64,000 nt of DNA from Obrimoposthia wandeli (taxonomy: Eukaryota): NCBI GenBank assembly GCA_977020255.1, contig CDROCS010000506.1, forward strand, positions 3,348,001-3,412,000. The letters run 5' to 3'. Positions 13,915 to 23,980 of this stretch are shown one piece after another. The notes below the pieces were generated by a model, which was given only the letters and a program-made list of their open reading frames with translations, was not told where the DNA came from and did no database searches. The number at the start of each line of letters is the position of its first letter. Positions within the stretch are counted from its first letter, which is position 1. The position numbers and the translations under genes are program-made.

Positions 13915-14232
13915 TCACTTGTAATTATGACTGCCGATATACGTGTATTGGCAGTACTAACCTCACTGTACTCCCTCGATATTGCGTTATTATTGTCCAC
14001 ATAGCTTTCGTTTAAATTATGAAACGAAAGAAAACACCCCTACATTGTTAGGTAACAGTCACAACTAAACATTCGTTTTAGTTACATAAAACAAATCTAA
14101 GGTAATATTTTCGTGCTGAGTATCATGCTCATATACGCGACTAGTTATATAATCGATTAGTTATATAAGCATGATGACTGTTAATTGATAACAGATATAG
14201 CATTCATTCTTGCCTATGATTTGGAACGTAAT

Positions 14233-16107
14233 ATGAAAATGAACAAGATAACCTTGAAAGCTCGATTGGTATTAACCGCTTCTATTGCTGTTTTTATTGG
14301 TGCTGGAGCTGTCGGGACAACAAGCTACTTTTCGTCTAAGCATAGAATTGAAAATGAGACTTTATCAAGAATCGAAAGTACGGCAAATTCATATAATAAA
14401 TCGCTAACTGATTGGTTGAATTCTAAATCAGATACCTTAAATAGCATGCCTGAAAAAACGCCATTAATGATGATCCGTAGTACCTTAAAAATAATCAAAA
14501 ATGCAGGCCGTTTTGAAAATGTATTTTTTGCTTATCCAGATGGTCAGCAGAAGAATGCGAATGATGTTGACCTGCCTGAAGGTAATAATGACCCGAGAGA
14601 ATGGGGTTGGTATAAAAATGCCTCTATGGATAAAATTTTTATGGATACGCCGACCGTTGCTGCGGCGACAGGGCATAGAGTCGTGTCGATGAGTAGAGCG
14701 ATGACATTTTATAATTCTTATATGGTGATAGGCGCGGATGTTAAAATTGATATTTTAATTTCTAATCTAGCGCAAATGCTTATCCCTGGAAACGGTAAAA
14801 TTTTTGTGGTTTCTAACCAAGGTAAAATCTTTGCAGATGTGAATACTGACCTTATTAATAAGCGCTTAACCGATATTTCGTTAGAAAATAAATATTTAAA
14901 TAACGCAGACCCTCAGCTTTATCATGACATTATTAATGGTGTCGACAGTACTGTATATGTTGCGCCAATTGAAGGTACAAACCTAAGAACTATTATCGTT
15001 ATTGATAGTGCAAGCATAACTCAAGATATTAGAGATAATGCCTTTGTACAATTATTTGCGGCATTAAGCGTGAGTTTAATTGTGTCTTTGTTTATGTTCT
15101 TATTTATTCAAAAATTATTAAATCCATTATTTGCGGTTACAAAATCGTTAAAAGAAATTGCGGCAGGAGGCGGTGACCTTACTCACCGCTTAGACGCGAG
15201 TAATGAAGATGAAATCGGCGAGTTGAGCCAAGCCTTTAATGATGTTGCTGAAAGTCAGCGTTCTTTAGTTGCGGAAGTAAAAAATCAAGCAACCATGCTT
15301 AAGTCTATGGCAGAAATAAGCAAAACTAAATCACATGAAAACAGTAACATCATCAAAGAACAACAAATTGAAGTTTCTATGGTCGCTACGGCCGTTAATG
15401 AAATGACGACTGCAACGGTTGAAATTGCGCGGAATGCCGAAGAGGCTGCCAATTCAGCGCAAGCTTCTTCTGAAAGTGCACAAAAAGGGATGGCTATCAT
15501 ATCTGGTTCTATCAAGTCGATCAGTAATCTATCAAGCGAGATAAAACAGACATCGAATGTAGTCGAAGAGTTAAATTCGCACGTATTAGAAATCAATAGC
15601 ATACTTGTCGCTATTCAAACGATAGCAGACCAGACGAATCTACTCGCGCTAAATGCTGCTATTGAAGCTGCGCGAGCAGGGGACGCAGGACGTGGTTTTG
15701 CTGTGGTCGCAGATGAAGTTCGTACACTTTCGCAAAAAACACATCGCTCTACTGGTGAGATCCAAAATACCATTCAAACACTGCAAGATATTGTTGGTAA
15801 AGCTACTGTACTGATGAAATCAAGTGAGAAATTAGCCTTATCTACCGTATCAGAATCCGATCTTGTCGCTGAATCGTTTAATGACATCAATGTGTCCATC
15901 CAGAAAATTTCTGATATGTCGACGCAGATAGCTACAGCTGTAGAGCAACAAACAGCGGTAACAGGTGAGATATCTGAAAACGTAAATAATATAAATAGTG
16001 TTTCTGATATTCTATCCGACAACTCGATCGATGCTAACGAACAGTCTAATGTACTTAATGCTGAAGCGAATAAGTTGTATGACAGCGTATCGATATATAC
16101 GGTTTAA
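14233..16107 (+). CDS. Methyl-accepting chemotaxis protein with dCache-like sensor
   Basis: TM1, periplasmic domain ('DPREWGWY'), TM2, HAMP, '[31 protein letters not shown]'. Confidence 0.95.
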   Translation: MKMNKITLKARLVLTASIAVFIGAGAVGTTSYFSSKHRIENETLSRIESTANSYNKSLTDWLNSKSDTLNSMPEKTPLMMIRSTLKIIKNAGRFENVFFAYPDGQQKNANDVDLPEGNNDPREWGWYKNASMDKIFMDTPTVAAATGHRVVSMSRAMTFYNSYMVIGADVKIDILISNLAQMLIPGNGKIFVVSNQGKIFADVNTDLINKRLTDISLENKYLNNADPQLYHDIINGVDSTVYVAPIEGTNLRTIIVIDSASITQDIRDNAFVQLFAALSVSLIVSLFMFLFIQKLLNPLFAVTKSLKEIAAGGGDLTHRLDASNEDEIGELSQAFNDVAESQRSLVAEVKNQATMLKSMAEISKTKSHENSNIIKEQQIEVSMVATAVNEMTTATVEIARNAEEAANSAQASSESAQKGMAIISGSIKSISNLSSEIKQTSNVVEELNSHVLEINSILVAIQTIADQTNLLALNAAIEAARAGDAGRGFAVVADEVRTLSQKTHRSTGEIQNTIQTLQDIVGKATVLMKSSEKLALSTVSESDLVAESFNDINVSIQKISDMSTQIATAVEQQTAVTGEISENVNNINSVSDILSDNSIDANEQSNVLNAEANKLYDSVSIYTV

Positions 16108-16188
16108 TTATTGAAATATAATTAAGATAATAACTCGATATCTTGTACTATACGGGGACAGGTTTCATGATCTCTAGGATCCAGATAA

Positions 16189-16473
16189 ATGAATATAGAT
16201 AAAGCAAAAAAACGTATCGAAAAGTTAGTTAAAAGAGGCTTTAAAGGCTACCCAATGGTATCGATAGAGTACTTTGGTGCAACGCCTGAGACTGCAACTG
16301 AAGTTGTGATGACATTCACGTTAGAAGAAGGCGCAGCACCACAAGCGCAAAAGTTTTTAAGTAAAAGTGATGCGCGCGAAGACGAAACAATTCAATCAGT
16401 ATTAGTTAAAACCATCGAACGTACTGAAGCTAGCACTGTGGCGCAAGTTGACGGTGTGTCGATTATTAAGTAA
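16189..16473 (+). CDS. Small hypothetical protein
   Basis: 94-aa ORF with ordinary composition, followed by a terminator; no motif recognised. Confidence 0.7.
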   Translation: MNIDKAKKRIEKLVKRGFKGYPMVSIEYFGATPETATEVVMTFTLEEGAAPQAQKFLSKSDAREDETIQSVLVKTIERTEASTVAQVDGVSIIK

Positions 16474-16497
16474 TGCGATAACCACGACGTAAACAAG

Positions 16498-16530
16498 AAT
16501 CTGTAGGGGATATTTTCCCTACAGATTTTT
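16498..16530. terminator. Bidirectional intrinsic terminator
   Basis: AATCTGTAGGG-N8-CCCTACAGATT then T-run, between convergent genes. Confidence 0.85.
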
Positions 16531-16553
16531 TAGTTCGATATTTCGATAGATAG

Positions 16554-17066
16554 TTAAAAACTAAAGATGACACCAGTTGAGAACATTGCACTAAGATCAT
16601 AAGGTAAAAATGTTTTATCTCGGTCAATATAGTTAAGATCCGTACCTGCTCTGAAGGCAATATTATCCGTTACTGCAATAACCCAACTCGCCGAGATACT
16701 GACACCTGTCGCTTCTGAATATCTAATATCGTTACTCCCAAATCGTCTTTGCTTACCCTCATATTCGACCCAACCCGCTTCCAGTTGTAGTGACATTTTA
16801 GGTCTATTTACGAGCTGCTTTTGTGCCCCGATTCGATATGTTTTTAATCTGTCGTTATCAAGATATAAAAACTGTGCTGAAGTATGGCTGTAAGATAAAT
16901 AGACGGCATCCAAGCCGAAGGTATCGGTCAAACCTAGTTGTATGCCTGCACCTGAAATACCAGTCCCTTCATAGGGGCCAATTTTCATTTCTGGTGAAAT
17001 ATGTACCGTATTCGCCAGAACAGATGTTGAACTGAGCAGTAGTAACGGAATAAGTATCTTATGCAT
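16554..17066 (-). CDS. Small outer-membrane beta-barrel protein (hypothetical)
   Basis: Signal peptide ending VLA, about 8 amphipathic strands, C-terminal Phe (VIFSF). Confidence 0.65.
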   Translation of the reverse strand: MHKILIPLLLLSSTSVLANTVHISPEMKIGPYEGTGISGAGIQLGLTDTFGLDAVYLSYSHTSAQFLYLDNDRLKTYRIGAQKQLVNRPKMSLQLEAGWVEYEGKQRRFGSNDIRYSEATGVSISASWVIAVTDNIAFRAGTDLNYIDRDKTFLPYDLSAMFSTGVIFSF

Positions 17067-17144
17067 AGGATGCGCCTGTATTAAAAGAGTAATAATTTTT
17101 AGTTAATACTATTTTAATACTCGGCGCGGGGCTAAACGTTATGC

Positions 17145-17161
17145 CTTATCTGGCTGATAAG
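17145..17161. promoter_or_regulatory. Candidate LysR box (T-N11-A palindrome)
   Basis: CTTATC-TGGCT-GATAAG about 80 bp upstream of the OMP start. Confidence 0.45.
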
Positions 17162-17163
17162 CG

Positions 17164-18099
17164 TTACTTATGATTGAGCTGTAATTGTGTTTGAATTACA
17201 TCTGATATTAAGTCGTGAAGCCAGTTGAATAGGGCACTATTACGGTGTCTGGTATGGCAATAACTGTAAACGTCAATATAGAAAGCTTCACCTTGTATTT
17301 CTACATCGAGCGCGCGCAGGTTGGGATATTGCTGAATAGGGAAAAGATTAGAGTGGGGCAGGTACATGTCGGTATGTTGAATAATATCCAGTAATACCAT
17401 GATGAATTCAGAGCGAAAGCCGATTTTATATTCCAGACCGTGGGCTTTCATCGTCTCTGCAGCTAAGCTAAAACTCTCATTCCAACCGGGCGATATCATC
17501 GACGCAATTTCATAACCCGCATAATCATCTGGAGTAGTCAGTGAGTGCTTAATAGGATGAGATTCTCTGACCAGCACTTGGCCGCGTAAGGCTGCTAATT
17601 GCTTGCCATAAACTTCTGCCGGTGCGGGAATGTCATAATTAATGCCAAGGTATACATCGTCTTTTTGAATATCTTCAAGCGTAGAGCGTGACCAACTCAC
17701 CAATTCAATACTGGCATTGGGCGCTGATGCTTTAAGTGCTTGATAAAGCGAACCTGACAGACATGACAATACGATGGGAGATAGCGCTATTCTTAGTGAT
17801 GTATCGAGTGTTGCAGGATCAAAGTGTAAGCTGTGATTAATGCTGTTTGCTAAGCCATTTAAATGCGGTGCGATGGACGTCGCGAGGGTCTCTGAAAATG
17901 GCGTTGCTTTGAGTCCTGTTGGTACTTTAACAAACAGTTCATCATCAAAGTGATGGCGTAATTTAGTTAATGACTGACTAATCGCAGGCTGAGACACAAA
18001 CAATCGCTCAGATGCCTTTCTCATGTTGAGTTCTTGAGAAAGGATCAGAAAGACCTTTAATAAATTCAGATCTAATGTGTTATAGAGATCTTTTTTCAT
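17164..18099 (-). CDS. LysR family regulator
   Basis: 'LDLNLLKVF..ELNMRKASERLFVSQPAISQSLTKLR..F.DELFV'. Confidence 0.92.
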   Translation of the reverse strand: MKKDLYNTLDLNLLKVFLILSQELNMRKASERLFVSQPAISQSLTKLRHHFDDELFVKVPTGLKATPFSETLATSIAPHLNGLANSINHSLHFDPATLDTSLRIALSPIVLSCLSGSLYQALKASAPNASIELVSWSRSTLEDIQKDDVYLGINYDIPAPAEVYGKQLAALRGQVLVRESHPIKHSLTTPDDYAGYEIASMISPGWNESFSLAAETMKAHGLEYKIGFRSEFIMVLLDIIQHTDMYLPHSNLFPIQQYPNLRALDVEIQGEAFYIDVYSYCHTRHRNSALFNWLHDLISDVIQTQLQLNHK

Positions 18100-18303
18100 G
18101 CCTGTCTTGCCGCTAAAAAGGGAATGGTTTCCAGTCTAATCAAATTTGTATTAATAAGACAGTTATTAAGTGGATACTAGAAGGTATATTAAGTAAGAAG
18201 ATTAGAGGCAATGTAAGGACCGACCATCAAATGAACGGTCCTTAGTCGTTCGCTTACTGCAAAACATTACAATGGTTAATGAATGCCAGTGTTAAACGTA
18301 TAA

Positions 18304-19512
18304 TTAGTTAAGAAAACGGATCACATTCGGATTGAGTGTTGTTAATAATCGACTGCCAACTTGGGTATTATCTATCGTATCAATAATATCAACTCCAGGT
18401 GTAGCTGGGTTAATCATGCTAAGCCATAGAAATCCTTTTTTATCTAGGCCGAGGTAATTAATATGCTCATTACCTGTTCCTGCAACTTCGCTATTAATAA
18501 TGTCCCCTGTGGTTGGGTTGAATTCATAGAGTGTTGAGATCTCACCATATACAGGATAATAAGTTACTTCACCTGCATAAAAGTAACCTTTTTCTGCGGA
18601 TAGGATAACAGTCGCGTTGATTAGTTTACTGGTATTGTTTTCAATCTCTGCTGCCGTGAGTAGCGTTTTTAACGAAAAATCCGTTGGATTAATAACTTCT
18701 ATTGTACTCTTTGTTAATTGTTGTGGACCACCATAAGCATATATGTCGTGACTAGTGACATAAACGTTGCCATCAGGGCTTGTTGTTAGGCTGTTGCCGA
18801 GAGGATTTAACCCTTGTAGTAAGATCCCTTTGAGATTATCGCCTTGCACTGAATTAGTTTCAATCTCTTCATTTGTCACTGTATCAAAAACGGCAACATA
18901 AGCAGGATTAGCAGTAAAGTAATCAGATAAACGTTGCATGGTTATAAATAGTTTTCCCTGGCTGATAACGGCTGCAGCGGGACTCGGAGTACTGCTATTA
19001 TCAACGGGTATATAGGCGGATAGATCTATTTCGCCAATCTTAAAGCTAGCTGCATCTTCAGCATTTGGATTCACAATCCACACTTTAGCTGAACCATAAC
19101 GAATTAAATAAGCTTTGTTATCATTGGCAAAGACCAGGTTGTAAGGGTTACGACTAATAGAATCATTGCTGTCTTGAGTGGTAAATGACCAAGCAGTATT
19201 TTCATAATCTTGAGCAGCGTACTTATCTATAGTATCAATACCATAACGACCAATATGATAGATGTCGCCATTATTGGTTGTTAGAGTGTAATCAGACTTT
19301 GTTTTTCCGTAAAAGGGGCTGCTCACTTGCTGGCTAACGGGATCTAAGAACAGTACTTCAGAGCTTATATAACTCGGATCTACAGTCTGTACCACGGCGG
19401 ATGCAGCAGGTGTATGAATAAGTGGATTATCATCGGTATCACACCCTGACAGCAATGTAACACTGGCGACAATGGTAAGGGTGAGTAAGTGTTTTTTCAT
19501 TATAGTTAGCAT
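18304..19512 (-). CDS. Beta-propeller lipoprotein, YncE/BtuG-like
   Basis: Lipobox LSGC-DTDD; repeated blades such as 'NPYNLVFANDNKAYLIRYGSAKVWIVNP'; ATG abuts the TBDR stop (TAAATG). Confidence 0.7.
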   Translation of the reverse strand: MLTIMKKHLLTLTIVASVTLLSGCDTDDNPLIHTPAASAVVQTVDPSYISSEVLFLDPVSQQVSSPFYGKTKSDYTLTTNNGDIYHIGRYGIDTIDKYAAQDYENTAWSFTTQDSNDSISRNPYNLVFANDNKAYLIRYGSAKVWIVNPNAEDAASFKIGEIDLSAYIPVDNSSTPSPAAAVISQGKLFITMQRLSDYFTANPAYVAVFDTVTNEEIETNSVQGDNLKGILLQGLNPLGNSLTTSPDGNVYVTSHDIYAYGGPQQLTKSTIEVINPTDFSLKTLLTAAEIENNTSKLINATVILSAEKGYFYAGEVTYYPVYGEISTLYEFNPTTGDIINSEVAGTGNEHINYLGLDKKGFLWLSMINPATPGVDIIDTIDNTQVGSRLLTTLNPNVIRFLN

Positions 19513-21567
19513 TTATATTTCCTTTATTGCTATTTTAAATTGAATGTTGCGACCTTCTGCGGGTCTGTTGGCAAGATCTTGGTATCCATCATCAAATAGA
19601 TTGTTAATCGCTAAGTTGGCGGTAAATGTTCCCTGTTGCCAGCTAAGTTGTAAGTCTGTGGTAAAGCGATTTGCTGGGTTTTCAGCGTTACTGCCTGTAC
19701 TATTGAAAATATTGGCGCGATTAAAATAAAGCTCATTATCGATATTACTGTTGAGATTAACCCGCCAGCTTTCAGTGATGAAATAACGTATTGCCGCGCT
19801 ATACTGCTGATGATAAATACCGGGTAAGCGTTTGTTGTTATAGGCTACATATTCTGATTGGGTATTACTGTCGATAAGGTTTGCTTGTAGCACCAATGAC
19901 AGTGCGGTATTCACTTGGTAGTTAGCTTGTAACTCGAGGCCGGTTAGCTCTGCACTACTGACATTTCCGTAACTCCCCACGCTGCTTGAATTGAAAATAG
20001 CGACAATAGAATTGGTTAATTGTTGCTGATAGATAGTCCCTGTAAGAGATAAATTAGCGTAATTAACTGTGCTGCCTAGTGACAAGGTTTCTGCCTGTTC
20101 AGGTTGTAGACTGGGATTGCCTTTGAAGCTACCGCGATCGCCAAACATTTCAAATAAAGTAGGGGTACGTACACCTTTACTCCAGTTTATAAATGCCGAA
20201 AAATCAATGGTTTTTCCATTTATCGTGTTGAATTTATTGGGTTGATAAGTAATGCCGAATTCTTGGGTATCATAATCTTGAGTCGCCACATATTCACTCC
20301 CATTTTGATTTAATACTGAGTTAGTATTTTCTTCCTGTGATTGGCTGATTAATACATAAGGAATAAGTGCTAATTCAGCTATTGGCCATTCTAGTCGTGA
20401 GCCATAGTTAAGCTGTTGTTGACTGGCACTAACATCACAGCTGTTGTTACCTGTACACGGCGTCGCTTGACCTTTGTAGGTTGTTGTTGATTCAAATGTT
20501 TGCTGGTTGAAGTTGATGAATGGTGTTATGACTAAGTCGCCAGCATTCAATATCGGTTTAATACCTGCAAAGTTTTTTACGCTTTGATAGTTTCCGCGTT
20601 TTTTTGTGTCGCCGGTCGGTTGTTCTAAATAGATCTCATCAGTTATTTGCGTGTAGGCTTCAAACTCAATTTGTTCTAACCAAGCTTGTGATGATTGCCA
20701 GTTATGCAAATAACCGAATCGCCAACTATCACTGCTGATTTCACTGCTATTTTCAGGTGAGTTATTTTGGTAATTAGCCAGCTCTTTGCGCTGCTCGGTA
20801 TATTGCATATTAAAGCGCAGTAAATGCTGCCCAAGATATACTTCACTGTTGAGATGTAAGGCATTTTTTTCATAAGCATTATTGGCGAGATTTTCTTCTG
20901 TGGAAATAGAAGGATTTGTAAAATTCTGCGGCACTTGATAACGGTAGTTATTCTCACTCTGTACATGAGTGACCCCTGCGGCGAAACTACTATTGGCGAA
21001 CACTTTATTTGCCATTAAGTTCGCTTCGCGAAAACCAAATGAACCTGTCGCCAGGCTTATACGAGCGTTATCTTGTTGCGGGTTGTAAGTATTAATACGG
21101 ATAACGCCACCAATCGGCGTTGAACCTGTGCCGAGAGACTGACTTTTACTGATCTCAATGCTATCGATTTGTTCTGTCGGTAACTTATTAATATCAAAAC
21201 CGCCGAACTGACTGTCATTGATAAGCTGACCATCGATATACAATTGAACTTGTTTGCTACTTGAACCGCGGATAGATACGGAAGCTGGATTCCCTAGACC
21301 ACTTATCTTACGGATCTGAATACCGTTTACTTTTTGTAGTAGATCGCCGAGTGTTTGGGAAGAATGAATAAAGTCTTCACGATGCAATATCTGATAATTT
21401 GGAGTATCAAGGGCATTGATAACTGTGTCTTGAGTCGCAGTAACGACTGTTGTCTCAATGCCGTTTGGAAATGAACTTTTTTCTGTCGTATTCGCTGTTT
21501 GTGCGAAAGAAATTTGCAGTGGTAAAAAGCACAGCAAAAACAGAGGTGTTTTTTGTTGAAATAGCAT
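19513..21567 (-). CDS. btuB: TonB-dependent receptor, probable cobalamin transporter (BtuB-like)
   Basis: TonB box ETTVVTA, plug 'SVSIRGSSSKQVQLYIDG', barrel with 'NNLFD.GYQ'; preceded by a cobalamin riboswitch; ATG 21567 with GGGGA SD. Confidence 0.88.
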   Translation of the reverse strand: MLFQQKTPLFLLCFLPLQISFAQTANTTEKSSFPNGIETTVVTATQDTVINALDTPNYQILHREDFIHSSQTLGDLLQKVNGIQIRKISGLGNPASVSIRGSSSKQVQLYIDGQLINDSQFGGFDINKLPTEQIDSIEISKSQSLGTGSTPIGGVIRINTYNPQQDNARISLATGSFGFREANLMANKVFANSSFAAGVTHVQSENNYRYQVPQNFTNPSISTEENLANNAYEKNALHLNSEVYLGQHLLRFNMQYTEQRKELANYQNNSPENSSEISSDSWRFGYLHNWQSSQAWLEQIEFEAYTQITDEIYLEQPTGDTKKRGNYQSVKNFAGIKPILNAGDLVITPFINFNQQTFESTTTYKGQATPCTGNNSCDVSASQQQLNYGSRLEWPIAELALIPYVLISQSQEENTNSVLNQNGSEYVATQDYDTQEFGITYQPNKFNTINGKTIDFSAFINWSKGVRTPTLFEMFGDRGSFKGNPSLQPEQAETLSLGSTVNYANLSLTGTIYQQQLTNSIVAIFNSSSVGSYGNVSSAELTGLELQANYQVNTALSLVLQANLIDSNTQSEYVAYNNKRLPGIYHQQYSAAIRYFITESWRVNLNSNIDNELYFNRANIFNSTGSNAENPANRFTTDLQLSWQQGTFTANLAINNLFDDGYQDLANRPAEGRNIQFKIAIKEI

Positions 21568-21659
21568 GGGTTCCCCAATGATTTTGGGGATGGCAGAATA
21601 CAAAAAATACCGTCAGCGTGTTCATTGTCAAAAGGACTAAACAGAATAGGATTTTTCTA

Positions 21660-21810
21660 TTCCGCTATCGCCCTCCGCAATACGGTAATATTTCAATAGG
21701 CCGGTATCGGGCTTTCAACATGTTGTTGATTACCGTTGCGGGGGCAGCGTTGGTTTCACACCAAACTTCCCGTTTAACTCAATCCTTAATTACTTGATAA
21801 CAAGCTATTT
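21660..21810 (-). ncRNA. Cobalamin riboswitch, short (class II-like) form
   Basis: Minus strand: TTAAACGGGAAGTTTGGTGTGAAACCAACGCTGCCCCCGCAACGGTAA-short hairpin-AAGCCCGATACCGGCC; P1 AATAG/CTATT; downstream hairpin with GGAGG loop complementary to the CCCCC loop. Confidence 0.92.
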
Positions 21811-21912
21811 AATAGTGAGCACCTACTGTAAGTTGCGGCACTCTAATGATTGTTGAGTGTAAAATCAACGACATTAACGAATATTGAAGGCTATTGGATA
21901 AGTATTGTACGT

Positions 21913-22869
21913 TTAATCAACCATTATGGTACGACTAAGTACATTATTGAGTTTATCTTCGATTACTTTTTTAACAATCTCAGCGCTAAATTTATATAAC
22001 GGGACGTGGTGGTTTTTTTCAAGATAATAGAATGCATGATTGATTTTGTTCGGCAGCTTGTCATTCAGCCATTGTGGTTGGATGCATACCATGTCGTCAT
22101 CACAAACTGATGCGGATAATGTTTCTGTGAGTGCCAGAATATCAGAATGTTTGGCCAAGCAGTTAAGCACGGACATACTTGCTGAACGATATTTTAAATC
22201 GAATGACTTAAAATCACGAGACTGGAATAAGGATTCACTTTCAAGGGTATCAGGTAATAGACAGCCGCCCAGTGGATATTGATTAAATTCGGCTTGTTGC
22301 ATACCGCCTGTAACCCAAGGGTGATCTTTTCGAGCCACTACCATACCTTGGCTTTGGGTTAATGGAATACAGCGTATCGATTTTGGTGTGCTGATTGGAT
22401 CGAAATTCATCGCCATATGCACACGGCCCTCAATCATGTCTTTCATGGTGTTCTCTGTCCACGTAGTGACGTTTATTTTGGCATTAGGCAAAGATTCAAA
22501 CATGATTGAAGTAGTGAATTCGGTAGCAAAACTTTCTAGAAATACACTTGATACCGCTACCGTAAGCTCACCATGAAAATGCTCTGGTTCAAAATAACTT
22601 ACCGGTAATAATAAATCGTCAATCGCCTGAATATTTTCGCTTAAGCCTTCACTGATTAGGATCGCGCGTTGTGTTGGTGCTAATCCGTTGTTGGCTGAAT
22701 AAAATAAACGGTCACCAGTGAACGTGCGTAATTTGGCTAATGTTTGGCTGACAGCTGATTGCGTGACGCCTAATTTTTTCGCTGCAACAGTGGTGCTTTT
22801 AGCCTGATAAATAGCATTAAATATGCGCAGGTAATTGAGGTTTATTTTTTCATTATAAGTTTTATGCAT
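21913..22869 (-). CDS. LysR family regulator
   Basis: 'NLNYLRIF.AIYQ.KSTTVAAKKLGVTQSAVSQTLAKLR'. Confidence 0.9.
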   Translation of the reverse strand: MHKTYNEKINLNYLRIFNAIYQAKSTTVAAKKLGVTQSAVSQTLAKLRTFTGDRLFYSANNGLAPTQRAILISEGLSENIQAIDDLLLPVSYFEPEHFHGELTVAVSSVFLESFATEFTTSIMFESLPNAKINVTTWTENTMKDMIEGRVHMAMNFDPISTPKSIRCIPLTQSQGMVVARKDHPWVTGGMQQAEFNQYPLGGCLLPDTLESESLFQSRDFKSFDLKYRSASMSVLNCLAKHSDILALTETLSASVCDDDMVCIQPQWLNDKLPNKINHAFYYLEKNHHVPLYKFSAEIVKKVIEDKLNNVLSRTIMVD

Positions 22870-22898
22870 AAGTCTTTTCCATCACGGTGTTCGTGGTT

Positions 22899-22917
22899 TT
22901 ATTAGCATCGCTAATAG
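22899..22917. promoter_or_regulatory. Candidate LysR box in divergent promoter
   Basis: Perfect palindrome TATTAGC-ATC-GCTAATA (T-N11-A) between the LysR and OMP starts. Confidence 0.55.
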
Positions 22918-23002
22918 CGGCTATAAGTGGTATTAAATGCCTGCTTCATTCATATTCCCCACCAAGTTAATCGATTCGTTATATCGTTATTTGGAGAAAG
23001 TC

Positions 23003-23854
23003 ATGAGTATGAATAAAACGTTATTATCTTTAATCGCAGCTAGTGTGATCAGCGCTGCATGTAGTCCAAGTGTGTTCGCTAATGAGTCTCAGGAATCTCA
23101 GAATGTTCAGAAGAATCAGGAGTACCATGATGCCGACCCAAGAAACAGTAACTTCAGAGCCGCGGTATTTGCCAGTGACGCTGGTGAATTAAAGCTACTT
23201 GCTGGTGGCGGTGCTAGCGGCTTAACCAGTGATATATCGCAAACAATCGGTTTCGCTGAATATTACACTCAGTCTAACAATGCCCGAGTTCGCGCAGCTC
23301 ATTTCGACCGTTTTGGTGGCGCATACATGGATCTTTATCGTTTAGACGATGCTGCCGGTATGTACACTGCCGGTTATATGCTGCCGTTAGAAAGTGACGA
23401 TGGCACATTGTTTTTTCCTTCATTGAATTACACTTATATCGACTTTAAAACCGCAGACCTGTCCGAACTCGCTAATTCGAGCATGGCTGGTTCACCCTTA
23501 TCCGTGAGCGGTTTTTCAGTAAGTGATACTGATATTCAGCAAACACTGAAAGGTAATGATGCGCATCTTGGCTCCGTAAACCTGTATGCGGTTCATCCTT
23601 GGAACGAGACTCACTTCTCTGTATTCAATGTCAATCTTGGTTCATCATATTCAGGCGTTGATATGCAAGTGGCTAATATTATGTGGGTACAAGGTATTAA
23701 AACTCACGTTGCCGATAAGACCATTAACATCATGCTTGAAGTCAAATACGATGCGATGAAGATCCAAACAGAACAAAGCACAAAGTTATCATCTGATGGT
23801 GAAGAAAGATCAGAAGAAGTCACAGTCTCTGTCGGTGTTGATTATCGATTTTAA
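23003..23854 (+). CDS. Secreted, probable outer-membrane beta-barrel protein (hypothetical)
   Basis: GGAG RBS, signal peptide ending VFA, amphipathic strands, C-terminus 'VSVGVDYRF'. Confidence 0.6.
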   Translation: MSMNKTLLSLIAASVISAACSPSVFANESQESQNVQKNQEYHDADPRNSNFRAAVFASDAGELKLLAGGGASGLTSDISQTIGFAEYYTQSNNARVRAAHFDRFGGAYMDLYRLDDAAGMYTAGYMLPLESDDGTLFFPSLNYTYIDFKTADLSELANSSMAGSPLSVSGFSVSDTDIQQTLKGNDAHLGSVNLYAVHPWNETHFSVFNVNLGSSYSGVDMQVANIMWVQGIKTHVADKTINIMLEVKYDAMKIQTEQSTKLSSDGEERSEEVTVSVGVDYRF

Positions 23855-23980
23855 TAGTAGGTACATTTGCTAGTGCTATGTTTGCTAGCGTTGTATTTTG
23901 CTAGCAAGTCACAACATAAATTATGCAGTAATGATAAATGACATGAAGAAGGGATTAAGCAGTAGAATTACTGATTTTTG

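Noticed and set aside
13933-13940. GCCGATAT as a sigma28 -10 for the first MCP
   Set aside because: No matching -35 at the right spacing; it is part of a hairpin after the selO stop.
18110-18135. AAAAGGGAA resembling a cobalamin riboswitch core
   Set aside because: Wrong strand, and the remaining conserved blocks are absent.
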